Shown: positions 12,197-25,684, counted from the first letter of the stretch. The stretch: DNA of 64,000 nucleotides from Marsupella aquatica (GCA_973895155.1 OZ316892.1:8970283-9034282); one strand, 5' to 3'. Numbers and translations are program-made. Notes: a model not told the origin generated them from the letters alone.

Positions 12197-12305
12197 GGGA
12201 TAATGTCTCCTGGTTAGACATTTTTTGCTATTTGGCAGCATGATGCCTATAGCAAAAATCATGCTCCCAAATAGCAAAAAGTGTCTCACCAGGAGACATG
12301 ATCCC
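12197..12305. repeat. Near-perfect inverted repeat: 48-bp arms, 13-nt loop
   Basis: Arm 12197-12244 versus the reverse complement of 12258-12305 shows 4 differences in 48 nt. Confidence 0.92.
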
Positions 12306-12720
12306 AAAGGCTGGAGACCAATAAAGGGGAGAAAACCAAGAAGAATCCCAAGAAGACCAAGGAGCCCGAGATTCACTAAAATGTGTAAAAGAACAAAAGC
12401 CCTGTTGAACAGCCCTATTGAACAGCAAACTGAAAAAGAGAGAAAACCAGGAAAAAGCCCTGGCTAGAGTCCCTCAGAAACAAAAGAACAAAAAGCCCTC
12501 CTGAAAACCTACACTTGGAAAGACTGGTAGAGCTTGGGAAGGTAATTTGTTTAGTTAAAAGCCCAAATGGCCCTCGGGACAAAAGGTTCTACCGAACAAC
12601 CTACAATTGAGAAGACTGGTATAGCTTGGGATGACCCCCTTGAGAGGGTCACGGGAGCAATTTGCTTAGAAACCCAAATGGCTCTCAAAGAGAAAAGGCC
12701 CTATTGAACAACCTACAATT
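12270..12720 (-). repeat. Further copy of the same dispersed repeat family, with internal sub-repeats
   Basis: aggagacatgatcccaaaggctggagaccaataaaggggagaaaaccaag matches 10950-11030. gactggtagagcttggga and cccaaatggccctc recur at 12520-12720. Confidence 0.7.
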
Positions 12721-13918
12721 GAAATTAGTTCGAGGACCCCTTGGTTAAGTTTGATGTTATTCAACAACTAAGTTAAAGCATATTGGAATAGAATATTGAA
12801 ATATGGAGATGAGAGGAAAAAACTAATAGATTATTCATGGAAGAAGTGCATGCACAACATTCCCTTGGTTTTCCTATATCCATAGAGTCTATACAAAATG
12901 CTATATAAGCCAAAAGGTTTCTCAATTACATTCATTTGGTATTCCTTTATCCATAGTAGTCCAAGGGTTTATTCACTTGGTGTTCCTTTTCCCATAGTAC
13001 CCGAATGGTTTGTTATGTTACCTTGGTAAATGTTACAGTAATTGAAGAGTTTCTTTCTACCCATGGTTATTCTAAAAATTGATAATTAGATAGAAAACTC
13101 TGACATTCTACTAGAAAACACTGATATATCAATCACAACCCATCCAAAGATTATTTGCTTTTTACCCCCTTTTCACCCCTTTCTTTGTTTATTTGAAATG
13201 TTAGTTTTATAGTTACAAGGTTTAACTGTTTTTCTTTGACTTGTTTCAAACACACATAGTCTCTTGTTTGGTACTTTTTGCATAACAAACTGTTGTTTTT
13301 GTGACCAATAGTGCAAGTGCTTTGAGGGATTTTGAAAAAAACTTCCAATAGAGGTCCCTAAAGACTACTAGAGCCTGGGATAAATTGTTTCGGAGGGTCC
13401 CTTGAAAGAATTTGTCTGGAAGCCCAAATGGCCCTCAACACGTGTAAAGCCAAGTCAGCCTGTAAGGCTCCTGTGTCAAGTAAATGTAAGCTACCCCTCC
13501 TAAAACCCTGGCGCAATGGCGGCTCGCCTGCCCAACATGAACTCACAACTCACAGTCAAGCAAAGCACGAAGCGAGCAGCTGGGCTCATAGCTGAGAGCT
13601 GAGCTCAGTTTGCAGTTCAGCTGGGTCGGTCAAGACTTGAACGCAAAAGCGGAGTGGACAAAGTGCAATTCGCAAGATAGCTCTCCTCTTCTCCGGTCAG
13701 CTCAGTTCCGTCTCTCTTTTGTCGTTCGTTTGGTTCATTTGGTGGTAGCTCTGGAACGAAATCGGAAATGGTTGATTGATTTCGTGCTCTGTATCTGTGT
13801 TGCTGAATTGCCGTAGCAATTCTTGTCCGTCCTCAGTCTTGATTTCCCTCTCGCGCGCGCTCTCCATTGCTACAGCAGTTCTGCTTGATCAGAGTCTTCC
13901 TGTTGCTGCTGACTGATC

Positions 13919-16565
13919 ATGGCGGTGTTAGGGGCGCCGGGAGAGGCGCTCCTCTGTAGTTCGGGGATGGCATGTTGCTCAAAGTCTTCTCGCAACAATT
14001 GTTCGGCGGCTGCGGCATCCGGCAGCCGGGTTTCCCTGGCGAATTGCCGCGGCGAATTGTTCGGGAATTTGGTCCTCTCGAGGAGCAGAAGCTGCAGTAG
14101 CAGTCAGAGCAACCACATGACATTTGACAGGAGACTCCAGATTTTTGCCATCGATGCAGCGCAGGAATTTGACTACGAGTCGATGAAGCTCACAGAGCTG
14201 CATATGAAGAATAAGCTGAAGGTCGGAATCGTAGGGTTTGGGAATTTTGGCCAATTTCTGGCCCAACGGTTTGTCCAGCAGGGGCATCATGTCCTGGCTT
14301 ATTCTCGCTCCGATTACGGTGACCTTGCAAGGAAATTAGGGGTCACATATTACAGGTAAATACTTATGTCTAGTGTAGGAGCTTTACTAGTTCTTGTTTG
14401 AAGCATGCAGGGTTTCTAATGCTATTGAAATCTTTATTCAGAGATGCGGATGATTTTTGTGAGGAGCATCCCGAGGTGGTCGTGTTGTGCACCTCCATTC
14501 TTTCCACCGAATCAGTTCTGCACTCTTTACCCGTTCAGCGTCTGAAGCGGAAAACTCTCTTCGTCGACGTTCTCTCTGTCAAAGAGTTTCCTCGAAATCT
14601 CTTCCTCCAGGTATTGTACTACTGCTGCGGTTTTGAGGAATGGGAATTATGTCAAATGAGCACTCTAATTTACCCACGGGAAGGTTTGCACGTGATCGTA
14701 GTTTTAATTGCCCATGTGCGTCGCGGGCTTGAATTCCCTTCAGAACTGGAGCTTTAATGGTGAATTTTGCTGGGAACATTAATTGTTGAAGAATTTTAGG
14801 ATATAGAAGCTGAATTGCAATTAATGTCGTCTTGTTACTTGCTTGCATTCCGTAATGCCAAGTGGAAGGAGAGATTAGTTGTTGAGTGAGAAGATGCTTG
14901 AACTGAATGGCAGGTATTGCCAACAGAGTTTGATATTCTCTGCACACATCCTATGTTTGGACCAGAGAGCGGAGGTGGCAGTTGGCAAGGGTTGCCATTC
15001 GTGTTTGAGAAGGTTCGAGTCCGTGAATCACGTAGTGAACGGTGCGATAGGTTCTTGAACCTGTTTGAAAGCGAAGTAAGCCGTCCCTCCTTTTGCTTCA
15101 CACCTTACTTGTTTCCGGCTTATTTTGCAGCTGTAAAGCAACTCTAAGAGTGCAATATGATGTCACTTATGTTGTTTCTGTGTGTCGATTTTAATGCCAC
15201 CACTTTTTGTCCCACCGTCTGAAACATGTTGGGCCCGGTTAAGGTGAGGATGTTTGGTTTCGTACCCTGTGAATTGGTCAACGAGAAAGTTCTTGTTTGA
15301 TTCTGATGCGTTTTGCTGCAGGGATGCAGGATGGTAGAAATGTCTTGCAAGGAACATGATCGCCATGCAGCCGGGAGCCAATTTATAACTCACACTGTGG
15401 GAAGGTCAGTTGCCCATTTTGATGTCTAGTGATGGAATCTGGTGTATGTCAGTATTGTAAGTCTGTAGGGTTTGATGTTGATTTGATGCCTCTTATTTCA
15501 AGCTTCACAGACTCTTGGTAGATGTGGTGTGATCGCCATGGCGATGGGAAGTAACAGGTGATGTTGGTCGCTTTTCTTTCAGAGTTCTCGGTTGTCTTGG
15601 ATTGGAGTCAACTCCCTTAACACCAAAGGTTTCGAATCCTCATTTGCGCTATCTCTTTTTCCTTCCAGAGTCCTCGGTAGTCTTGGATTGGAGTCAACTC
15701 CAATCAACACCAAAGGTTACGAATCGTTGTTGAAGCTTGTAAGTTCCATGTCCTTGCAATCACTCCAATATGGCATAGTTCGCTCTATGATATGTGAAGA
15801 CATAACTTGATAACTATTAATCTTAATCAGATTACAAGCTTACCGAGCCGTAAGATTCATTGGAAAATATAGTAAGTGTCCTGAAAACGTTTCGGGACGA
15901 TGGTTGTGAAAGCAAGAAGGCTTTGCATGCTTCTGCTGTCACTTCTGCTGTCACCGTCTGTGCAGGGTGATCTCTAGATTTCAATGCAGACATAGCTGTT
16001 CGGTCTCTCGCCTATCACATCCTGAAAAGTGAACTTGAACTGGATGATATGTGTGCAGGTCGAAAACACTTACAGTGATAGTTTTGATCTCTATTATGGT
16101 TTGTTTTTGTACAACATCAACGCCACTGAAGAGGTAGGTTGCCGTTTTTCGTGACTGGACCCTAATGACCCTTGTCAGCATCCTGATCGGTATGCTGATA
16201 CCTTCCGAGAATATGTAGTATCGAGAGTGTACAGGAATATCTGACAAGATATAGACTGAAGATAATGAAAATCCAGAGCTCGTCACTTCCCAATCTCAGG
16301 TAGTGGTGCTTTGTTGATGCAGCTGGTTCGCCTGGAACGAGCGTTTGATGTTGTCAAAGGGCAACTTTTTGACAAGCTACACGGTATTCTGAGAGAACAA
16401 TTGCTGATGAGCAGCAGCCCTCCTGAAGTTCGCGTGCCTCTACCCCCTGCACCAGTCATCGAGGCCTTGATATCCAAGCCGGCGGACAAGGTACTTGACA
16501 TCTCCAAGTTAAATTCTGAGAGTAGTGATAACAATATCTCTCCTGTTCTTGCCAAAAGCGACTAA
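13919..16565 (+). CDS. TyrA: Arogenate dehydrogenase (TyrA family), single catalytic domain with a transit-peptide-like N-terminus, 7 exons, ~412 aa
   Basis: Exons read by eye, all GT-AG and in frame: 13919-14355, 14442-14610, 14914-15075, 15322-15404, 15669-15738, 16059-16133, 16323-16565. Motifs: IDAAQ.FDYE, KVGIVGFGNFGQFLA (Rossmann), DVLSVKEFP, ILCTHPMFGPESG, EMSC.EHD..AAGSQF.THT.GR, STPINTKGYE, DSFDLYYGLF.YN. Confidence 0.95.
15571..15640 (+). repeat. Degenerate tandem duplicate of ADH exon 5 (pseudo-exon with its own acceptor) inside intron 4
   Basis: cttttctttcAG|agttctcggttgtcttggattggagtcaactcccttaacaccaaaggtttcgaatc matches the real exon 5 ccttccAG|agtcctcggtagtcttggattggagtcaactccaatcaacaccaaaggttacgaatc. 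The copy has a net 1-nt deletion and no donor site. Confidence 0.9.
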
Positions 16566-18861
16566 GGTAGAGAGTTCAAGCAACTTGGTATTCCGATTTG
16601 GCGGAATGAGATCGTGTCGACAGCGAGGGAGTTCAGGGTTTGCCCGTCAAGCAGCGTATTATTCGATAACTTTTAGCTTTGGATGGATTCTGGTCGTGGA
16701 TGCTGTTTCGTAAGGGATCCTGGATACAAAGGTCTCGTTCGCTCGAAGTTGACAATGTCATGTCCTCAACAAATTTCCAGCTCTTAAAATTTTTCAAAGA
16801 TCTGCAATTTCCGATCTCGACATCTGATCGAATTGAGAGATCAAATCGTGTCACGGTGCATCAAGATTTTTCAAATACAGCAATCACATGGCTCACTCGA
16901 CCATAGTAAGCTTGCAAGATTGCACTCGAATTGCGCATCACATGGCTCGCTCGGAAATTCCGTAAGAAGTGGCATTAAGCTTGCAAGATTGTACTCGAAT
17001 TGCGCAAGCGCGGCTGGAAGGGAGGGAGCACTAAGGGAGGGCGTTCGTACCTGGCTTTGCGTCTGTGAGCGATCCGAAATTTGTCGAACCATGCATTATC
17101 GTACGAAGTGACTGGAAATTTTCACAGATCTGTGATCTGATGTGCTTGGCGCTGTGTCAAGCAGTAAAGTTTTTGGTGATACAGAACAGTAATGTGCACA
17201 AACTAAGCAGCAAACTGAAAGGAAAGAGGACAGTCCGTATGGATAAAGGATTTCTCTGAAGAAATTTCTGAATTTTGTCTGCACATTCTTCGCTTCGTGT
17301 CCTTCTATCGTTGGATTTCTGAGATCATGTTTCAGTGCCTCATCTCGTAATGTCCCTCCGTTTGGGAGCTAATCAAGTCTTTTGTAAGTCAGTTGACAGT
17401 GATTTGGCAATACTCGTGTGCAATCCTTTGCGTTTGAGTCGCTGTGTCTAATCAGGTGAGTCATTGGTGTCTTTGGCTGATGCTTCTCGAATGCAGAGTT
17501 AGGAACAAAATCCCCAGTTCAACGACAAAGGCAGACAATTTTTTGGGTTTAGTAGCTTTGTCTAAATTTTATTGGGTCTGAGTAGATTTGGCTAATTTTT
17601 TTGGGTCTGAGTAGCTTTGTCTAATGAAGCGAGCCGTTAGTGTCTTTGGCCGATTCTGCTCGAGTTCATAGTTATAAACATAGTCCAAAGTATGACTCTT
17701 TGCACCTTTCTAATGGGGCTTTTAAACCAGATCTGCTTCTACAGAAGGGGGATTGGGCCACTGTTCGTTTGTGTATGTGAACAGTAAACCTGCAGCTACC
17801 CACTCACTCACTTCCACTCATAGGACCCTCCTAACCCAAAAATGTTTTTTGTGGGATTCTTTGTGAAACGCCACCAAAGGCTACATTTTGAGCTGCAGCT
17901 TGCTCCAATGAGATGATAAGAATGCCCAAAACTACCTGAAAACATATCAAGCTTTTGCATATACGTGATTGTATTATAATTATGTAAAAATTATTATAAT
18001 TATGTAAAAATTATGGTGAGTCACTAAGATGCTAGTGAAGCCTGAAAATTCCTGCAAATGTTGTATGATCTTTAGTATATGTGATTGTACTATAGATGAA
18101 ATGAATACTATGAGTTGCCCAGACTTGCTACAAGATCTTGTGTTTCAGAGTACCATAAAGTCACTCATATGTGTTTCCTTGCACTAATGCCTTCAGCTAC
18201 ACCTTAGTGCCAACTGTCCGAAAACCATCAGGTTCAGACATAAAATAGATAAGTAACTCAATACCAGTGCGTTGCACATAAGATGTCCTTGTGCAATAGA
18301 AGTTATTGTGTAACAGACTTGCATGAAAAATGTCCATGCAAAAAAGATGTCATTTACTCAAATGATGTCTCAGCTATAAAATGTCTTTGCACAAATGATG
18401 TCTTTGCACAAAAGATGTGCAAAAGATTTTGAGGAGAAGAAGTGTTATGCAGGCAAGGTTAAGGGATCTATGTGAGATGCGAACCGGTGACTGTGGGCTC
18501 CAAGTAGGGTCATGCAACAAATTTTTTCTCCTCTCCCTGCCTCTTCTCCCCCCTTCCCCAATGTGAGGGAGGTGGTGGACAAGGGCAAGGCACAAGAGAA
18601 GGCAAATAGACACAAGGTGCAGGAAAGAAGGTGGATGGACAATGGGCCCCCCCTTGTCATGTTCCCTTTCTATGGAGTCCTTTTGTCCATCCCACTCCCA
18701 TGACTCCCCCTTCCTAGGAAAGAAAACAACCACCCAAAAGTGTGCAAGGTACTCAATGTGGATGTTTTTGGTTGACACAAAGATTCTGGGCAAAAAAGGT
18801 TCCTACGAGAAAGGCAAAACAAATCTATTGAAGCAAAAAAGAAAACTGTATGCAAACAAGA

Positions 18862-19029
18862 AATATGTCCAGTGGTGCAAAGAAAATAAAGTAGGAGACA
18901 AAGATAAGCAAAGTTTAAATGAGGACCAAAAACAAACATTGTGCAATATGTCCAGTGGTGCAAAGAAAATAAAGTAGGAGACAAAGATAAGCAAAGTTTA
19001 AATGAGGACCAAAAACAAACATTGTGCAA
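18862..19029. repeat. Perfect 83-bp tandem duplication
   Basis: aatatgtccagtggtgcaaag...caaacattgtgc at 18862-18944 and 18945-19027. Confidence 0.92.
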
Positions 19030-19879
19030 GGTTGAATCACCTTGCTGCAGCAATTCACGTGCATCGCAAATATAAAAAAAACTTCCACCTTAGGAAAACA
19101 GGAAAGGTGAGAGGGGGTGGGCAAGGATTCAAGTTGGCCCCAAGAATTTGATCAGAAACCTAATGAAAAGAAAAGCAAAAAACAACACCACCCTGTCCCT
19201 TCCACACCTTAAAAATTAGATTGTGGACCCCATCTCCCTATAAAGATTCTTAAATTCAATGAGTGACAAGTACTTGGAAATGTTTTTTCAGTGTTGTATC
19301 AAAGTTATGTGTGAGGTCATATGCCTTGTTACATGAGTCCTATGTGACCACCTATAATTATGCATGTGAACAAAACATGTGGGATTATGGAGCAACTTGG
19401 AAGAAATTTGCATCTTGGTATTAGTGCTCATCCTGCTTCTCCCTAATTGTGAATTGCTTGGACCTTCATGATCATTGAAGCTAATTGTAAGTCTAAATCA
19501 CCTTCAATCGTATATCCTTTCCATGTCACCACTCGTGATTTATCTCCTACTTGTTTCCAAATCATTATCTAATTATGAACCCAACCCAAACATTCCAATA
19601 CAGGAATGTCATTTCCTGATTCTTTTTTTCATTCCTTCAAATATTTTATTGTCGGTAACTTGGAAGTTTGAGTCCAAGTGGCCCTCAACCCATTGGGCCA
19701 TGATCTCATTAGTAATGAAAAAATCTGCCAATTTTAGATTTGTTCTCAATGTCATGATTTTCTAAAATGCCTCTAAATGTTTAGCACAAAAGGTTCATTG
19801 AGAGATGTGTGAGAAACGAGACCATGATTTTCTGAATTTTTGTTGGTTTTGAATGAGCATCACATTGGTACATTTTGTC

Positions 19880-20355
19880 AAGAACCAAGTGTGACAAATT
19901 TTGAATTTCTCTGCCTTTCCAATGAGTGTGACAATAAGAAATTTTGATCATGAGTTCATGAATTCTTTTAGCTTTCCAGCATTGAGTCCAACATTGACAA
20001 ATTTCATGTCAAATTTTGTCACGGTACTAAAGAGGTCATGAGGTTTTCAATCTCTCTAGCTTTCTAATGTGTGACATTGGGATTATTAGTCAACAATTAG
20101 AGAGATCGTGAGTATCCAAATTTATCTAGCTTTCCAATGAACCTAACATTGATAGATTTTGTCAAATACTAAGGAGATGATGAGTTTCCTAATTTTGCTA
20201 GCTCTAGCTTTCCAATGAGTGTGACATTGAGAGATTTTATGAAGAAAGTACTAAAGAGGTCATGAGTTTCTAAATCTTGTTCTTGAGTTTTCCAATGAAT
20301 CTAACATTGACAGATTTCATCAAGTACTACGGAGATTGATTATTTAGTTTTACAA
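19880..20355. repeat. Degenerate tandem array (~60-80-bp units, about 6-7 copies)
   Basis: Recurrent ctagctttccaatga.t.tgacattga.agatttt...tactaa.gag.tcatgag. Confidence 0.8.
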
Positions 20356-21739
20356 TGTGGAACCAAAGGGGTTCTAACTATGTACATTTCTATTGATTGG
20401 TTTTTTCAAACTTGTAAACAATTAAAAAATACAAGCATTTTGATGTAAAACATTGATATATCATTGAAAAACATCAGAATTTAGGGTTTAGGGTTAGGTA
20501 TTATGGTTTTTTTGTGCTTAATACTTACAGCATGGCACTCCATAATTTACTAAAAATATGAACACAAACATGACAATACCCTTTTTGTTTTCCAAAAAAC
20601 CTGCTCTATCCTGTTTGTCACCATCCTCGCTGATGTGGTGCATCCTCGTTCCAGGGAATTTGCAAGGGACCCTTAATAGGGGCTGTAAACAGGAAAATGC
20701 AGTGAATAAAAATAAAAGATTAACTTAAACTCAAACAAATGCAAACACATGTCATTCCCCCATCATAAACCTCCTATGCACCCATATATGTTTTGTATAT
20801 GTGACTCCTGTATAGTAAAGTAAAGCATGTAGGTGTAGGTGTAGGTGTACCACATGTACCATCCAATTTGTATAATTATGTTCGTTTATTATTATATGGT
20901 ATAATTTGCACATTACGACATCTTCTTAGTAGGCTATTGTATGTAACTGGCTACCCTCCCAAGATAGCAAGCCCTCCTTGGGCATCCATGCACACAATCA
21001 ACCGTGACCAAAAAAAAGTCACATGTATTTGATGCTGAATTTGATTCATTCCATTCAAGTTTGTAAGCGGGCAATGAATGTTTTTGGCAGGATTACATAT
21101 TACATTACTTGATTATTAGAATTTCACCTCACAATAATTCAATTTTAGGTACCTTAATTACCCAAAGGAACATAAAATGCAGTGTCAACCAATGCTGTGG
21201 CCCGTCCTGAGTTCCCAGACCCAGACTCTTGTCTTCTTTTTTCCACCTTATGTGTGTCCACCCCAATAAAGTTTGCACGGGCCCCTAGATCCAATTAGTT
21301 GGCTTCTTCTCTCCACCTTACCTGTGTCATACCCTATAGATGTTTGCATTGTTTAAGAGAGCTCATGTTAGTGTTGAGTTTAAGGGAAATCTGTGAAACC
21401 TCATAGAAAGGGAGGAGTAAGTGACAATAGTTGAATCCAAGACATATCAATCTTCAAGTGAGCTACCATAAAATCATGCCTCTTTGGGGCTTGTTGTTAG
21501 TGTTGAATTGACACACATTATTTGTTGTACCCCACTTGGTGAAATTCAAAGTTCTTCCCATAGGGCAAAAGTGAGGAGATATTGAATGTGTGTCTCACTC
21601 AATCACTCAATCCACCTTATGCCCCCAAGACATGCTCATGGCCCAAATAACATAGCTTGTCCTAAAGCTTGTCCCTACACGCCGGGACCAGCATGGCCCC
21701 AACTTTAGCAACCAACTCCCAATTCTTGCCCCACTGATG

Positions 21740-22689
21740 GTGTAGGGGCCAAGTGCCCTTGTAACTCAACTCCACGCCTACTTGGCCTTGCCTCCCCAAT
21801 GCAAGCTCCCTTGAGAGACTGAACGCGGTTTGGTTGCTGTTTCAGCAGGATTTGGTAAGAAGGCAAGGTAGCATCCACAAAAATCAAGAAATTATGGCAC
21901 CGCCAGACCCAGCTGAGCTTAGGAGGATGTAGGCCTCATTGAGAGCTTTCCAACGCACCCAAGAAGTCCTCTAACGGACTTCCCGTTGGGAAATTATTGT
22001 CATTTCTATTTGACATTTTCCCTTAGTGTCGCGACCGTCGCAACTCACGACTTTGGCTCTTCCTTAGCCCCTAGGGAGACACCACTCCCCTCATATATAC
22101 TTCTGGAGACATGCCACCCCCGGACCAACTTTGGTCCCCAAATATTGGCCCCGAACCTGGACCCCAACCCGCATGTTTGGGCGCGCCACCAACTGGCAAC
22201 GTCCATAACTTCCTGGTTAGGCGTATGCAAGTGGAGTGCCTTAGCCCGTTGTGATCGGGCTGACCCAATGCTCATGCCTAGGCCCTCAGATCTCATTGCC
22301 GCCCGGGGCCCCGATTGGCCAAACTTGGATCGGGCCATAACTCGCGCCCCAAGCGTCCGTTGCCCATGGAATCAACTCCATTGGCCTTGGGCCCAAGAGG
22401 AGCTCTCATTCAAGCCCTTAGAACTCAAAGTTAGTCCGGGGGTCAGGACGGTCAACCTTGAGCCCGGCCCTTTTCCCCTCGACCCGACCAACTCTCAGCA
22501 AGTCTAAGTCTTTAGTGTGTCACCAGCTTGGTGCCTTGCCATCGCCAGTGCCACGTCCCATTGCCCACAAGTCTCCCCATGCTAAGTCCTCCTCGGATGG
22601 CCTGTCCGAGCCTGGACCATGAGAGAGCTCGGCGTCGGAGTTAGCGACACCGGAGCTAAGTGTTAAGGTAGTCGAGTTCCGCGACTTCA
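21740..22689 (-). mobile_element. LTR-like fragment (possible solo LTR)
   Basis: A GC/CpG-richer ~950-bp block in AT-rich DNA. It begins TGAAGTCGC on the minus strand (22689) and contains gagagctttccaacg and a TATA-like tatatatgagggg. The left boundary and TSD were not resolved. Confidence 0.4.
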
Positions 22690-22859
22690 TGCTACTTGGG
22701 GGGTTGAATAACTCAGTATATTTTCTGGGATATCATAGGTGCTTCTGACTTAAGTTAAAACTTACTATAGAGGGGATATTCATTAATTATTATTTTTTGA
22801 AAAATGGCAATTTATTATATAAAGGAATAAAATAAAGATTTTTCAAAAATAGGAAAAGA

Positions 22860-23150
22860 CAGGACATGAAGGCTATGGAGGACTGAAACAAAAGTGATGT
22901 CATCAGGGTATTGAGAGGGAAAACCAAGGACACAAAGGATATCATTGTTGTGATGAGCGCACTTGACCGAGCTGGAAGGACCCCATTTGGAAAGCTGTTT
23001 GGTGCATTGATAATATTCACTTCCTAGATTTCTTGACTATGTTGGTGATATGATGAGGTTGTAGTCACATGCCATGAATCCTGGGCATGTAATACACAAG
23101 ACTAGGGATTGTCTTGGTTCACAACTTCTCCCTATGTTGGCTGATGTTTT
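22860..23150 (-). mobile_element. Decayed reverse-transcriptase fragment (non-LTR type)
   Basis: The minus strand near 22895-22920 encodes SQYPDDITFV, a YADD-like motif, in CpG-poor DNA with frequent stops. Confidence 0.35.
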
Positions 23151-25116
23151 GCTTAAAACTGGCATGACCTAAGATGGATGCAAAAGCACATATATACCAA
23201 TCTGGAGACTAAGTAATGTATCCAACAAGTCATCCATGACAAATAGGCAGACTACAACCATTCTTCTACCTCCTCATGCTATCAAAAACATCAGGGAATG
23301 GACTGAGTGGGATTTTAGTGACTTGCGAGGGGCCCAATTACACTCATAGAAAACTCAAGGTTTGTCCAAATTTGGACTTTTCAATTTATGTACAAATTTA
23401 AGGATGTAAAAAAAACAATTGTTCATTTACATTATTGTGAAACTATATATAAAGCTAGAAACTTTGGATGGACCATTAGGATTGACCAAGAACCTGAATG
23501 GACCTCTTCAACCTAAATGGTCCTTGAAATATTTAGAGAACTCAGAAACACCTTTGGTGTTGCTGTTCTGCATGATATGATTCGAAGTATTAGTCTTTTA
23601 TGTGCTTTGGGGAAAAATCCAGACTACTGTGCAGTTTTGTTGTTGCAACTTATGAAATACAACAACCATTGGTCATCTCATAGAACTATGAAGGCCTATT
23701 GTTACATGTCATTGTAATGCAATTCCATAGATGCGACACAATTCCGAATTCATAGTTACATAGAGATGAGAGCCCAGACTCTAGACATAGGCATAGTGGA
23801 ACCCAATCATTAATATGCTTGTTTGGACAACTCCAATATTTAACCTAAAAATAGCAGTTAAGTTTGACAAATAAATTGTATGTATCACATGCTATGCCTT
23901 TGGAGATATGATAATTTCCGGGGATAATTTCCAATATTTAGTGTTTTTGTACATCAAGTGTATGCAGTAGCACCAAGAGAGGAAGGAAGGGAAGAAGCTT
24001 GCTTGAGTAGAAGGAGGTGTGACAAGGACAAACAGATGGGAACCTTGTTTGAGGAAAAATACTAGCTTGTGAGATGTAAGCTGTCAAAACAAACTAAGGG
24101 CTTAGTAGGTTCCATGTGCAAGGGGCAGGGACAGTGAGCATTATCCCTACCACCCCTGGTTCTTTGTATAGTATATTTACAAAACATGTGTAGTATTTGA
24201 GGAGAAGTAATCACAAATGTTGTGGGGCATGAGAATCAATTGTCTATTGTACTCGCAATCATTCATGGATCCTATTTGACTATCTTGGGTTTGACTATGT
24301 CATCCCAAGTAATCATTGTAGGTGGCTATGTAAGACATGGGAGCACTCTTTTTTCAACAAAGCAACTAGAGGGCCACCACTTGTTCTAAGGATAGACTCC
24401 AGATCATGGATCTTTTGAAATGAAACACAATATTTGTAAATCCCATGTACTAAGGACTCAATTTTTGAAGCTGCTATATGATGAATTCACCTTTCATATT
24501 TTTTGTGTCATGTATTTTTGTTTCAATGTGCCTTATCAAGGGGCATCGTTTGTATCATATAGATTTTTTTATTAATATTTGGACCCCTTCAATTTTTGGT
24601 ATCTTAGAGAATTTTGAACTCATTTTGGCAGCCCTCTTAATTTGTAATCTTAGTTATCTCTTAGATTAACTAATGACTTTAATTTCTACCACTTGAACTA
24701 TGATTTCGGGAAATGATTCTAAATAACGTGAACAGATCGTGCCTTAAGTTCCCCTCACGGTTTTCTTGCCTAAGTTTATGATTTTTATTGAATTGAGTGT
24801 CATTAATAAGGCACATTAAATTAATAAGTGCACATATGGTAGTTTGTGTCATAGCAATTGACGGAGACAGACCGAGCAACAGCAGCTTCTACCGAAGAAA
24901 CACCACAAAATCATTCAATGCTCCTTGAGTACAGTACATCTAGATGGAGTAGGAATGTAGGATAAGCGAAAGCAGGAGGGATTTACTTGATCAGACTTCA
25001 AAATGAAACCTGTTATTTGATAGGACCCTGAGTGATCCAAACTGATTGATCTTGAATCAATGTACCCAAAATTTGGGGGTCCTATGAAGTAAGATAATTC
25101 ATTTTGGGGTCTGATC

Positions 25117-25125
25117 AAACCCTAA
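25117..25125 (+). promoter_or_regulatory. Telo-box (AAACCCTAA) upstream of UPF1; a second, reversed copy lies in intron 1 (26542-26550)
   Basis: Exact motif matches. Telo-boxes are typical near the 5' ends of plant translation and RNA-metabolism genes. Function here is inferred. Confidence 0.5.
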
Positions 25126-25684
25126 ACAAATCCCTCGCGGAAGCATAGCCAAGCCAAGCATCCAAGTCTTTGGAGCTATGGGTGACGGAGTTGGGTAAGG
25201 TAGTTTCAGCGAAAGCAGCACCGTGACCCACATGGTTGACGATCGGAGTGAGTAGGGTGAAGTAGCTACGTGGTTGAATGATCACAGTATCGTACCGTAA
25301 CGTACGGGGGACTATGGTAGCCTGTACCATCGAGTCCGGTGAAGCAGCTACGTCGTTGAGCGAGCGACCAAGTCGGGTCGTCGGGAAGCATCCAGATGGA
25401 GTAGGATCGACGGAAGCAGAGCCGATCCGAGGCCCTGGGCGAGGCGAGGCGAGGCGAGCCGCCGGGCCTATCGAGCTCAGGCCTCAGGGTCGCGGAGTTG
25501 GGTGGCGTAGGGTCGGGGAAAGCAGCACCGCCGTAGCAGGCCGTAGAGCATGGGCTTCTTCTTCGTATTATTATGAGAGCAGTAAAGGCGAAGGAAGGCA
25601 CTGTTGTTGTCGTTGTTGCCCATTCTCAAGTGCGGGGTGGGGGAGGGCAAGGAGCCGAGAGACGAAGGAGTGAGAGAAAGAGGA

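Noticed and set aside
19880-20355. Array considered as CRISPR-like
   Set aside because: Units are degenerate along their whole length with no unique spacers, the context is eukaryotic, and there are no cas genes.
20480-20496. TTTAGGG repeats
   Set aside because: Only about two units; not a telomeric array.
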